From an uncultured Granulosicoccaceae bacterium (lineage in GTDB: Bacteria; Pseudomonadota; Gammaproteobacteria; Granulosicoccales; Granulosicoccaceae): DNA of 53,867 bases. The first letter of the stretch is position 1. The number at the start of each line of letters is the position of its first letter. Below, piece after piece: positions 21,187 through 30,826 of the stretch. The notes under the pieces are model-generated. The model did not search any database. It was not told where the DNA came from and was given only the letters and a program-made list of their open reading frames with translations. The DNA is taken from contig CAZCKD010000001.1 of the NCBI GenBank assembly GCA_964498925.1, positions 1 to 53,867 on the forward strand. Direction: 5' to 3'. Made by a program: the position numbers and the translations under genes.

Positions 21187-22656
21187 TCAGGATTTAGCCT
21201 CTTTACGAAAGAAACGACTGAACCGTACAGAGGCCCAGAGCCGAACTTCCTCTTCAACAAACCACATTGCCAGCAGTAATAGAGTCGTACCGAGGAAGCC
21301 TTTAACAAAGAAATCGACAGCATCACCACCGAAGTCCATAGGATTCAACACGACAAACACAAGCGCACTTGCAACAGAAATAATTAGCGGTGTTCGAAGC
21401 TCAAAAGAAAACTCGACGTATCGGAATGCAGATATCGAAACACCTGCGGTAAAAATACTAAAAGATATAAGTGTGACAACAGCAGCACCGGTGATACCGA
21501 ATTTCGGTATGCATATAAAATTGAGCACAAGATTAAGAACGGTAGCGATGCTGCTCCAGATGACCAAAACCTTCGTATCTTTAAAAATATAAAGGCCAGC
21601 GGTCATGATATGCATAGACCCCTGCAACAGATAACTAAGCGCGAGATAGGGAATGATGACGGTGCCAGGTGCGTATTTTTCGCCGGCTAAAAAACTCAAC
21701 AGATGCGGTGCTGTAACGGCAAACATCGTAATAAAAGGGATACCCGCGGTCAGAAATACTCTAAAAACTTTCGACAAGAAAGCCTGCGTTTTTTCCCGGC
21801 CGTCTGATTCCCACATTTGCATATAGGCAGGTTTTAACGCCTGAACCATCGCAACGATAATAATCATGTCGATGTAACCAGAGAAATTATAAGAAGCCGA
21901 GTATTGCCCTAATGCACTTGGACCGATCATCGATTCGATCATGTAGCGATCGCTTAGACGCAGCACTAATTCTAGAGATTCCAATATCATTAAAGGAAGC
22001 CCATAAAACAAAAGAGCTTTCGCTAGTCCACCTGAGACGTTACTGGCGCTGAATCTAAAATGAGGGGCATAACAGTAAAAGGCGTATCCGACAGCAGCAA
22101 ACTCTGCAATCGCCAAACACAGGATAATTGTCCATGGACTCAATACAGAAAAGCTGAGCAAAAGAATCACGAAAACGAGATGAAGGCAACGCGATATGCT
22201 TTCAGAAATGGCGACATTACCACTGCGCTGCTGTGCGCGTAGTAAGTTCATTGCAGAACTACCCAGCAATCGAATAAACACAACCACCGAGGCCATAATG
22301 AATAGAGCTGACAAATTCTCGAACTGCATGACCTGCGGCAGAACATAAATTCCACCCGCCAACCAGATCATTGTCGTTATTGATGCAAACAGAAAAAACA
22401 CTACACTCACGGTGCTGTTCAGCTGATCCATGGTGTAATCGATGTTGAAGTTTTTAACCTGAGCAAAAAACCGAATAACTGCGTGTTGAACACCCAGCTT
22501 TCCCAACGCGACCATCAACGCCAAGCTAGACGTGATCAAACCTACGATTCCGTACTCAGCAACGCTTAGGTTCCGAGTCAATAACGGAAAACTAAACAGT
22601 CCCACCAGACCTGAGATCAGTCCGGCTGAAACATAGTTGCGCAGGTGGCCTAGCAT
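21187..22656 (-). CDS. Wzx-type oligosaccharide flippase
   Basis: About 14 hydrophobic segments; PLLTRNLSVAEYG, DRYMI, LGQYS and LNFICIPKFGITGAA motifs. Confidence 0.88.
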   Translation of the reverse strand: MLGHLRNYVSAGLISGLVGLFSFPLLTRNLSVAEYGIVGLITSSLALMVALGKLGVQHAVIRFFAQVKNFNIDYTMDQLNSTVSVVFFLFASITTMIWLAGGIYVLPQVMQFENLSALFIMASVVVFIRLLGSSAMNLLRAQQRSGNVAISESISRCLHLVFVILLLSFSVLSPWTIILCLAIAEFAAVGYAFYCYAPHFRFSASNVSGGLAKALLFYGLPLMILESLELVLRLSDRYMIESMIGPSALGQYSASYNFSGYIDMIIIVAMVQALKPAYMQMWESDGREKTQAFLSKVFRVFLTAGIPFITMFAVTAPHLLSFLAGEKYAPGTVIIPYLALSYLLQGSMHIMTAGLYIFKDTKVLVIWSSIATVLNLVLNFICIPKFGITGAAVVTLISFSIFTAGVSISAFRYVEFSFELRTPLIISVASALVFVVLNPMDFGGDAVDFFVKGFLGTTLLLLAMWFVEEEVRLWASVRFSRFFRKEAKS

Positions 22657-22662
22657 GAGGTT

Positions 22663-23610
22663 CTAAGCAGCACGTTTCTTTAAATGCTCAGCCTGAAAAG
22701 CATCTTGCAAATCGGACAGTCCAGCGAAGCGAGCGCCCTCCTCGCCACACCAACGCAGCCCGTTTTGCATATCATCGATAAAGCGTTTTACATCATCCGG
22801 TGTCTGTGGGTACGGTGATGCTTTTTCGATGATCTCCATAGAATGGAACATCATGTTGATCGAAAGAACAGAACGATGCGCATGTTTATTGAGTTGATAT
22901 CTGAAGATTTCCTTCATTTGATCAACACTTGCGAACCACGGACGAAACCACCGTGGGTCACGGAACAATCTTGGTTTAACCGTTACCGGCGCTTCCAGAA
23001 TGCGACCTCCAGTGTAGGCACCCGCCTGCGCAATTTTGCCAGCAGCTGGAAAGTATGGCTGCTCAGGGGCTTTTCTAAAATCAACAACAGCATTAGGCTC
23101 TGTCCAGCGAATATGCGGCGTTACGCTCGTATCAACCTTGTAGCCCAAACGCTCAAGACTATTAATGGAATCTGCTGAGGCGCCATATCGGCCTGCTCTA
23201 AAGCTAGTGGGTTTATATCCGAATTTTTCAGTAAACAGAGTGGTGAGATTCTCTAGCTTTTTGTACTCGACATCGGGCGCATAGCTACATTGAAAATCAG
23301 GACTGTCAACACCTGCATAATCGTAAAATTTCTTCTCGGGTTCGATGAAAGCGGCATGAAGATGAGTGCCATACTCGAAATCACCTTGCAGATTCTGTAA
23401 CGCGGTGACGCTATCCGCATCTTCCATGACCTCAACCGTTAATAGGTAGGTTGGAACAGCACCCACTTCATCAAAAGCCGGTTGTAGGCGATTCGGCACA
23501 CCTTCGGTGATCGATTCAAACGCCAATGGTTTGGATCTCACCCAATTCACATCGTGATCACATTCCGTATCGATCGATATGGTGACGATAACGTCTTCTA
23601 TCTTAGACAC
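22663..23610 (-). CDS. Second polysaccharide deacetylase (CE4, WalW-like subfamily)
   Basis: SIDTECD, GTHLH, SFRAGRYG, DTSVTP and MFHSME motifs. Likely GTG start at 23610, overlapping the upstream stop. Confidence 0.8.
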   Translation of the reverse strand: MSKIEDVIVTISIDTECDHDVNWVRSKPLAFESITEGVPNRLQPAFDEVGAVPTYLLTVEVMEDADSVTALQNLQGDFEYGTHLHAAFIEPEKKFYDYAGVDSPDFQCSYAPDVEYKKLENLTTLFTEKFGYKPTSFRAGRYGASADSINSLERLGYKVDTSVTPHIRWTEPNAVVDFRKAPEQPYFPAAGKIAQAGAYTGGRILEAPVTVKPRLFRDPRWFRPWFASVDQMKEIFRYQLNKHAHRSVLSINMMFHSMEIIEKASPYPQTPDDVKRFIDDMQNGLRWCGEEGARFAGLSDLQDAFQAEHLKKRAA

Positions 23611-24829
23611 GATAAAGCTCCGATAACTGATTAACAACCTGTTTAATGTCGTAACGTTCTTCAATAAAAGAACGGCCTTTTTTTGCCATCTCTTGACGCT
23701 CTGACCTGTCATCAATCATTTTGAACAGGCAATCGACTAGCGTGTCCGAGTCACCGGCAGGAAACAATAAACCGGATTTTTCGTGATCTATAAGGTCATT
23801 GTTACCACCAATGTCAGTGGCAATCACTGGAAGCTGCTCGACCATTGCCTCCATAACAGAATTAGGCAGGCCTTCGGCAAATGAGGGTTGTACATAGATG
23901 TCCAGTGTTCGTAAAAACGCCTGTGTATCTTCGATTAAACCCAACCATTCCACGTGCTCTGTTATACCCAGCGATTCCGCCTGCGCTCGCAGGTCGTCCC
24001 CGCTGGTACCACTGCCAGCGATGACAACTTTGACATCTAAATCAGGCCGGCGCTGACGTGCCTTTGCAAGCGCATCAAGAAGAATATGGACACCTTTAAC
24101 TTCTCTCAATCTGCCGCAATATCCAATAACAACCGTCCCTTCAATATGACGAAGATGAGGTTTATCACCGGTATCTATTCCATTAGGAATAAATCGGATC
24201 TGATCGTTTCGGAAATCTGCCGCAAGCAGTTTTTCACGCGTTTGCTCGCTGATTGTTTGCACAAAATCGACCTTCTTCAAACCATATCGAAGCAGATAGT
24301 TAAGAGGTTTAAATTTTTTCGTCTGGTCTAGAACGCCACCTTCAAATTCGTAGAAACCAGAAATCTTAGTGGTCACTGATAGCCCTGTTTGTTTTCTAAC
24401 AAGCCCTGCTGTGGCAGCCATCAGGTGGGTGATATGTACGTGTAGGGCATCAAAATTTGCCGCTTCCCTTTTCAGGTAACGTGCAAAGTAGGCCATTAAT
24501 ACCAATGAGCCCACCCAACGAATATGGGGATAGTCGATTCGACGTATCGTGAATCCGTGAAAGGTCTCTTCAAGCGGTTGCCGCTCATGAATTCTAGGGG
24601 TTACAAACTCAACATGCGCACCTCTATCGCGCATTTCCATGGCTAGCTTCAACGCTTGCGCTTCAGCACCGCCTTGGCCTGGGAACTCGCAATCCACGGC
24701 AAATAATATGCGTTGATCATCCATTCGACACCACTTATCCGAATGATCATCTTTTGCGATTTCCGCATTCGAGTCTGGATTTACACCGGCGCTTTCTAGG
24801 GGATCGTTTATTGGACCTTCCATTGCCAA
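23603..24829 (-). CDS. Glycosyltransferase family 4
   Basis: GGAE, IPNGID, GRLREVKG and PSFAEGLPNSVMEAM (EX7E) motifs. Confidence 0.92.
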   Translation of the reverse strand: MAMEGPINDPLESAGVNPDSNAEIAKDDHSDKWCRMDDQRILFAVDCEFPGQGGAEAQALKLAMEMRDRGAHVEFVTPRIHERQPLEETFHGFTIRRIDYPHIRWVGSLVLMAYFARYLKREAANFDALHVHITHLMAATAGLVRKQTGLSVTTKISGFYEFEGGVLDQTKKFKPLNYLLRYGLKKVDFVQTISEQTREKLLAADFRNDQIRFIPNGIDTGDKPHLRHIEGTVVIGYCGRLREVKGVHILLDALAKARQRRPDLDVKVVIAGSGTSGDDLRAQAESLGITEHVEWLGLIEDTQAFLRTLDIYVQPSFAEGLPNSVMEAMVEQLPVIATDIGGNNDLIDHEKSGLLFPAGDSDTLVDCLFKMIDDRSERQEMAKKGRSFIEERYDIKQVVNQLSELYRV

Positions 24830-24970
24830 TCTACCTTCAATCGTTGTGGCCCGTAGCCGCTGTTCATGGAATCCTGTTTAGGAATCCGACGCAATTAGTT
24901 GACCATCTGCGAGATGAACAACGCTTAATCCGAGACAAACCTCACAACAAAGAAAAAGATGTAAAGAGTG

Positions 24971-26443
24971 TTAGTCCAGTAAGGAATTGAGTTGCACCGT
25001 CAGCTCACGAGAAGCCCGCGTAGGTGGTGCCCAGCGAACACCCAATATGGCACGAGATTCAGTTTCATCAATCTCGATCTGCACAGGGTTATCCGCATTA
25101 CCGCGTGTGTTCAGACCCTCGGCAGCATCAAATTCCAACGAAAATTCCAATACAAAACTGCGTGTCAGACGATAATTAAAATTCGCTGTCAACAGAAAGG
25201 CATCCGATTCATCGGTACGATTAATAAATTCTTCTCTTTCGTATTCCGCCGTGTACACACCGGTTAATCGTGCTGAATGTGTTTTTGCATAAGAGGCGAT
25301 CACCGTACCTAGATTTCGATCTTCACCGTCGATTTCAATATTGTCTCCGGCACTTCCGGTCAGCAAACGATAATTTAGCTGGGCGATACCAAGACCAAAT
25401 TCAAACTCCGATGTCGGTCGATCAAATGAATACGCAATATCAAGACGGCTCTCCTCAAAGATGCCATCTACCTCTGGTTGCAAACCGGCATCATCACCAC
25501 CGCCTTGAATCAATGCTTCAACCGTATTGAGCGCTTGATCGTTCAGTGAGTGGGATAAGCTTGCCGTGAAAGTTGTGCGAGGCCCCAGAAAACGTGTTGA
25601 TCGAACCTCAGCTGTTAATCCATTTAAAGACTCATCATCAGTATCGTATTGAGTAACACCAATTTCTCCGTAGAGCTCGGAAAACTGACTCGCGCGATTG
25701 GTAAAGGCAGTTATCGATGCACGATTGAAATCACCATCTTCTTCACCCACAAAACCAAGATCCTGGTTAATGTCTTCAGGAACAGACGTGAATATGTCGT
25801 TAAACTCTACGCCATAGAAACTGCCAACGGTGGTGTCGCGTTGATAGCTAGCTCGAAAGTTATATAAAGCTTCGATTTCCTCATCATCTTCCATTTGATG
25901 GACGAAAAATAATCGTGCCTCAGTCGTACTAAACCCCTGCACCACCGATTGGTAGCTGGGTCCTGTAATAAAAATGTTTCTGGAATCCTGATCAAGATCA
26001 TCAGCGAGTCTCACCGTATCGTCGTTTCTAACGCCGGTTAACAAGTCGCCAAAATACCAACGTAACGTACGCGGTGTTACCGCGTAGTCAGCAGCGCCAA
26101 TAAAACGAGTTTCGGTATTTACAGCCGCATTACCGTCATCGCTTAAATCTCGTTCAGTTTCAATTTCTGCTGAGAAACCAGCATTGAGCTTAACGCCTCT
26201 CTGCTCTCCAAAAACAGCAAGTAAACCGTTTGCGAATTCACTATCAGCATTGCCAATTTCATCATCCGGGTTGATATCATCTGTATTCTGTCTGAGTTCA
26301 TAAGACAGCACTCCTTCGAAACCCATCTCCAAGGCTTGAACATTTCCGATTGACGTAGCAACGAGTGTCGCCACAATCAAAGGGACTTTGATCTTGTTTG
26401 CAGTATTCAAGAGACTACCTCGCCATTGGACTTGAGTAATCAT
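24971..26443 (-). CDS. Putative outer-membrane beta-barrel protein of the EPS export locus
   Basis: Signal peptide ending VQA, many alternating hydrophobic/polar strands, a late aromatic-ended strand (AILGVRW), and a position after OPX-PCP-kinase. Start moved to ATG 26443. Confidence 0.65.
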   Translation of the reverse strand: MITQVQWRGSLLNTANKIKVPLIVATLVATSIGNVQALEMGFEGVLSYELRQNTDDINPDDEIGNADSEFANGLLAVFGEQRGVKLNAGFSAEIETERDLSDDGNAAVNTETRFIGAADYAVTPRTLRWYFGDLLTGVRNDDTVRLADDLDQDSRNIFITGPSYQSVVQGFSTTEARLFFVHQMEDDEEIEALYNFRASYQRDTTVGSFYGVEFNDIFTSVPEDINQDLGFVGEEDGDFNRASITAFTNRASQFSELYGEIGVTQYDTDDESLNGLTAEVRSTRFLGPRTTFTASLSHSLNDQALNTVEALIQGGGDDAGLQPEVDGIFEESRLDIAYSFDRPTSEFEFGLGIAQLNYRLLTGSAGDNIEIDGEDRNLGTVIASYAKTHSARLTGVYTAEYEREEFINRTDESDAFLLTANFNYRLTRSFVLEFSLEFDAAEGLNTRGNADNPVQIEIDETESRAILGVRWAPPTRASRELTVQLNSLLD

Positions 26444-26450
26444 GGGAGAC

Positions 26451-27320
26451 TCAGACCGGCTGGTTGTTAATGACGATGCCAGCAAGCCTGCGTTCATCGA
26501 TCTCATCAATTACTGAATCCAGAGTACCCGGAGTCACTCCGCCGTAAGGTACAACCAATACGGTAAAGTCACAGATTTCGGATAGAATTCTGGCATCCGC
26601 TGACGTCGTCATGGATGGACCATCCACAATGACAAAACGATTGTCGTAGCGCTCGGTTATATCCAGCATGAACTGCTTATAACGGGCACTCGTGAAATGC
26701 TCAGCACTGATTTCCTGATGGCTACCAATAGGTACACATCTCATCCGGGGAATACCACTTGGATTAACAATGTGTTCCACACCTAATTCAGGGCGTTCAA
26801 GGTACTCCAGCAAGCCTGCCGAATTCTCGCGACCGATCAGCTTCATCAGCTTATGCAAAATGGGTGTGTGCAAGTTAGCTTCAACCAACATTGCCGTTCT
26901 CGCTTTATCAAATGCGATGGTAGCCGCCAGGTTCAACCCTAGGAAACTGCCGCCCCCTTCAGGTACAACCGAGCTAATAAGAACGCTGAAATTACCTTCA
27001 GGCTTAAGGCTGTAGAGTTTGGTGCGCAGCTGTCGCATCGCATCAACCATTGCCCGATTCTTAGATCGCGGATGAACGATACCCAGTAAATCCAATTGCC
27101 GATCACTAAAGAGCCTCTCATCAGCCATGTTGGCGATATCAGCTCTCGCTCTATCTGCCAAACTGACTGAATCATTAGCGGCCCGAAGCTGCGTGCTGCC
27201 TTGCTGCTTTTTCTGGCTTGGGACCATTGACTGGCCCTCTTTAAGCTCACGCCTAACCGATTTGACGCCTTTTTGGCCCATCATAGATTTTAAGTTGGCA
27301 ACCTTTGATTGCTGATTCAT
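26451..27320 (-). CDS. CpsD/CapB-family BY-kinase homologue with degenerate catalytic motifs (probable pseudokinase)
   Basis: MRQLRTKL, SSVVPEGGGSFLGLNLA (Walker A without Lys), MLVEANL, VIVDGP and DARILS. Start at ATG 27320. Confidence 0.8.
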   Translation of the reverse strand: MNQQSKVANLKSMMGQKGVKSVRRELKEGQSMVPSQKKQQGSTQLRAANDSVSLADRARADIANMADERLFSDRQLDLLGIVHPRSKNRAMVDAMRQLRTKLYSLKPEGNFSVLISSVVPEGGGSFLGLNLAATIAFDKARTAMLVEANLHTPILHKLMKLIGRENSAGLLEYLERPELGVEHIVNPSGIPRMRCVPIGSHQEISAEHFTSARYKQFMLDITERYDNRFVIVDGPSMTTSADARILSEICDFTVLVVPYGGVTPGTLDSVIDEIDERRLAGIVINNQPV

Positions 27321-28894
27321 GGTGCGATCCCTCCACCGCCCATCGCTTCGAAGGCTAACTTCAACAGAAACACGACAACGTACAATCCACAAACAACCGC
27401 TATCGTGGCAAAGATCGCAAACGGCCTGCGGAAAAACGGCACATTTTCCTTTGGCGATTTCATATGCGGCACGATGGTAAGTAGTGGCAGCTCCAATAAA
27501 TCTGTCACTGCCGAACCGGTTCGAATCCGTGGATCAAGCTTCAGGAACATCATGAGGTACACAAACGGTAAAGCGCTTGCCATGATCAGGCCGAACAGCA
27601 CCAAATGCACAAACCGCATTCCGTTGGGTCTGGCAGGAAAGTTGGCATCCTGAGCAATTCGATACAACACACCCTGTTGTTCATTGCCCAGCGTCATGGT
27701 TATCCGAGCGCTTTCCTGCTTTTTCAACAACGTTTCATAAAAATCTTTATTGACCGTGTAGTCACGCGTCAGCTCATTCAACGTTCTTTCTACTGTTGCC
27801 GTTGTTTCCGAGCGGGCAATCTCATTGTTCATGAGCACTTTTATCTGACGCAAACGGGATTGAAGCGCATCGGCTTCAGCAGCAGCTCGCGCTAGGTCAC
27901 TGCGTAACTGTTGATAAACAGGGCTTAAATTGGCAGATGCTGAGTAGGTTGTCGAACCAACGTTAAAGTTCGCTTGCCCTCTGCCCTGTTCACTGACGCG
28001 GCGCGCTCTGGCAGCGGCCTGAACTTTGACATCTTCGATTTGTTGACGCAAACGAATAATATCCGGGTAGTCATCGGTATAGGAAAGACTCAGCAGATCG
28101 ATCTCAGCCTGCAACGTCGTAATCTGGTCACGAGTCTGGGACATCTGAAAATCCCGCTCTATCGTCGCGGATTCACTAGCAAGTTCCGCTTGCAAGGTCT
28201 TTCGTGTTTGATCACGCTCCGCAAAAAACAATGACGTTTCTTCATAGTCTCGTTGAAGCTCTAAGATCCGCGTGCTTACTTTGCCTTCGGCTAAGCTCGT
28301 GATGCCCGGATTCTGATTTCGAAAAGTCTCCAGTCTACGTTCGGAATCTTCCAGTTTACTTCTGTATGTTTCTACTTGATCGATAATAAACTCGAACGCC
28401 TCAGTCGTCTCTTCGTTCGTAGACACCATGGTCTTTTTCAAGAACAAATCAGCAAACAGCTTCGTTGTCTGAAAAGCTATCTCAGGATCAGAATTCCAAT
28501 AAGCGATTTCTAACAATTGATTATTTCTGTTAGAAACTTGCGTTTTATTGATCAATTCTTCCCGCAACTCTTCGCGGTCAATGGCTGTTGTCGACGCATT
28601 GGCAAAACCAATTTGGTCGAGCACCTGATCGATGATATCGAGCGCAAAAAGCTCTTGCTTGGCAAGTTTAGCTTTGTCGCGGTTAGCTGTGGTCGCGGTA
28701 CCAATTAAGGGTTCCACCAAATTACGATCATCCACATACAGCTGCACGGACGACGTATATTTTTTCTGCCAGGTAAATCCCACAGCCATAAACAACAGGC
28801 TTATACCGACAAAAATGGCCAACAGAGTGCCACTACGTGCGAAGGCTTCACGCCTCAGTAGTGGCAACATCTCGTCTAGCGTTATATTACTCAT
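27317..28894 (-). CDS. Polysaccharide co-polymerase / chain-length determinant (GumC/Wzc N-terminal part)
   Basis: N-terminal TM, long periplasmic coiled coil with YTDDYPDI, and C-terminal TMs with LDPRIR. Confidence 0.88.
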   Translation of the reverse strand: MSNITLDEMLPLLRREAFARSGTLLAIFVGISLLFMAVGFTWQKKYTSSVQLYVDDRNLVEPLIGTATTANRDKAKLAKQELFALDIIDQVLDQIGFANASTTAIDREELREELINKTQVSNRNNQLLEIAYWNSDPEIAFQTTKLFADLFLKKTMVSTNEETTEAFEFIIDQVETYRSKLEDSERRLETFRNQNPGITSLAEGKVSTRILELQRDYEETSLFFAERDQTRKTLQAELASESATIERDFQMSQTRDQITTLQAEIDLLSLSYTDDYPDIIRLRQQIEDVKVQAAARARRVSEQGRGQANFNVGSTTYSASANLSPVYQQLRSDLARAAAEADALQSRLRQIKVLMNNEIARSETTATVERTLNELTRDYTVNKDFYETLLKKQESARITMTLGNEQQGVLYRIAQDANFPARPNGMRFVHLVLFGLIMASALPFVYLMMFLKLDPRIRTGSAVTDLLELPLLTIVPHMKSPKENVPFFRRPFAIFATIAVVCGLYVVVFLLKLAFEAMGGGGIAP

Positions 28895-28958
28895 AGACTG
28901 TGTGACTTTATCTAGCTATCTAAACAATTCGTGGAGAAATTCTGAAGAAATGCTTCAA

Positions 28959-29582
28959 TCAGAATCGACGTTCGGGAATTGTGATGACATCACCAGGTAC
29001 AAGCGGGTAATTAGTGTCAAGCATTCCTTTTGACAATATATCGACGAGGTAGACCTCATAAACTCGAGCAATCCCGTCGATGGTTCGATATAACTTCGCA
29101 GAGTTTGGAGAAGCAAATTCATTGACTCCTCCAGCTTCAAGCACTAGATCAATGATCGTCATGCCATCTCTATGCGATATCGATTTTGGTTCGGCAACGC
29201 CGCCCACGACTCGCACCCTGTTTTGAAATTCAGCGCTCGGTATCTCTTCAATGATGACGGAGACTTTTGGCGTGCGCATATACTGAGTGAGTTTTCGTTC
29301 AGTGTCTTTGGCAATTTCCATCGGCGTTCTACCACCTGCCAACACCTCACCTACCAAAGGCAGCGAGACATACCCATCAGGCCTTACCGGTACACGGGCG
29401 GAAAGATCAGGGTTTTTCCAAACACTGACACTAATGATGTCTCCGGTACCCAATCGAAACTGTGGCGATGCACTTCGAGTGATTTCCGGCGGGCGGTCAT
29501 CCTCACTCAAAGGACCACGCGTACTGCCACACGCTGTTAGCGTGCATGCAAGCATTATTGTAAAAATACGCAGTAAGTTCAT
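28959..29582 (-). CDS. Short OPX/Wza-family polysaccharide export lipoprotein
   Basis: Lipobox LTAC, PES motif GD.ISVSVW.NPDLS..VPVRPDG.VSLPLVG, one SLBB domain, ends GDVITIPERRF. Start at ATG 29582. Confidence 0.9.
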   Translation of the reverse strand: MNLLRIFTIMLACTLTACGSTRGPLSEDDRPPEITRSASPQFRLGTGDIISVSVWKNPDLSARVPVRPDGYVSLPLVGEVLAGGRTPMEIAKDTERKLTQYMRTPKVSVIIEEIPSAEFQNRVRVVGGVAEPKSISHRDGMTIIDLVLEAGGVNEFASPNSAKLYRTIDGIARVYEVYLVDILSKGMLDTNYPLVPGDVITIPERRF

Positions 29583-29876
29583 CGAGCTATATGCCTCCAA
29601 GACATTCTTATGGCTCACAATTCGAAACACGTCACATCAACTACGGGAGTCGAATCAACGGTTCGGTCTGATCACAGCTAGCGGCCGGATACCAAAACTC
29701 TTGATATAACGCTAACGTGAACATAGAGGGGCAATTTTTATGCTCAAAGCTGCCGCTAAATACCTACGACGAAGGTGTAACTGAGCGATTTGGCCGGGTT
29801 CTGATGACGATTGGATAACGTCAGACCGCCAGATTCCCACCAGTTGGTAGTGTTAACGGACAGTAAGATTGATCCC

Positions 29877-30488
29877 ATGAGCGAAAACGGAAACAAGCAA
29901 GAAGGTTTCAAGGCAGACTATGCACTGCTAAAACTTAACAGCGAAGCGGACTGGAAACTGGCGAGGAACCAGTACCGCAAGCTGGTGCATATTTGGCACC
30001 CGGATAAGTATGCCGATCGCCCGAGAGAGCGTGATCACGCGCAAAAACAGTTTATCGAGCTGACTAAATCGTTTAATCAGCTTAGAGATTTCCATAAGTT
30101 ACATGGCAGGCTACCCTTTGAGAACATGCCACCTGAAGCCCCTCGGCCGGATGCGACACTCAATATAAGCGGTTCGGCGTCGGGTAAAAAAAGTCGCGTT
30201 GATACTAATAACCTTGACATCGATACGTTATCCAGAGACGAGAGCAAAATCGACGATCGTCTTAAAAAACGCAGCCCGCTTAAGAAAATTCTTTGGGTTT
30301 GCACCGCAAGTGTGGTCATTTTCACCACTATCGGTTTCTTTCTAGTGATAGATAAAAAAGCCAATCAGCGTAATATGGAACAAGCTCGGCAGGTTTTAAG
30401 AGATGCTCCGGAAAGTGAATTCAAGCCAACGGCTGCTGAAATTAGACGAAGCGAAGCCAAAGGTGCTTTTATTGGTGTCAGGCAATAA
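29877..30488 (+). CDS. Membrane-anchored J-domain (DnaJ-like) protein
   Basis: DYALL.L...YRKLVHIWHPDK...F..L..SF..L J-domain, then a linker and one TM segment. Confidence 0.82.
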   Translation: MSENGNKQEGFKADYALLKLNSEADWKLARNQYRKLVHIWHPDKYADRPRERDHAQKQFIELTKSFNQLRDFHKLHGRLPFENMPPEAPRPDATLNISGSASGKKSRVDTNNLDIDTLSRDESKIDDRLKKRSPLKKILWVCTASVVIFTTIGFFLVIDKKANQRNMEQARQVLRDAPESEFKPTAAEIRRSEAKGAFIGVRQ

Positions 30489-30826
30489 GAAAACTCATTT
30501 AACGTGTTAAACAGAAAACAATTCCACGTTACCGTTTCTTTGATGGCACAGGTTTCATGGATCAGACATATCTGAGAATCAGCTCGCTGTTCTACGACCT
30601 TTCCCGCAGCTTTCTTCCATGTCGGCCGACACCGGAACTGAGAGATCTTGTTAGTGGGATTAGCAACTCATTCATTTGATGAGACAAGTGCAATTGAAGA
30701 AAGTAGAACAAGCAAACGAATGTGTTGGTCATCGCGCCAATTCATAGCGAGTTGTTTATACTTTCCGGCTAACTGACTAAGGTTCGACTCGTCGAGACTG
30801 ATTAACTTACGGACTTCATTACCTTA

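Noticed and set aside
21135-21329. N-terminal extensions given by the ORF track (also at 23715, 26509, 27392, 29630, 36272, 41881 and 13722)
   Set aside because: They overlap neighbouring genes or precede the family-typical N-terminus, so downstream starts fit better.
29583-30826. Sigma54 promoter or ops/JUMPstart element for the EPS genes
   Set aside because: The closest matches (GAGCAT-N5-TTGC on the minus strand, TGGCAC-N5-TCAT) lack the conserved GG or GC, and no GGCGGTAG was seen.
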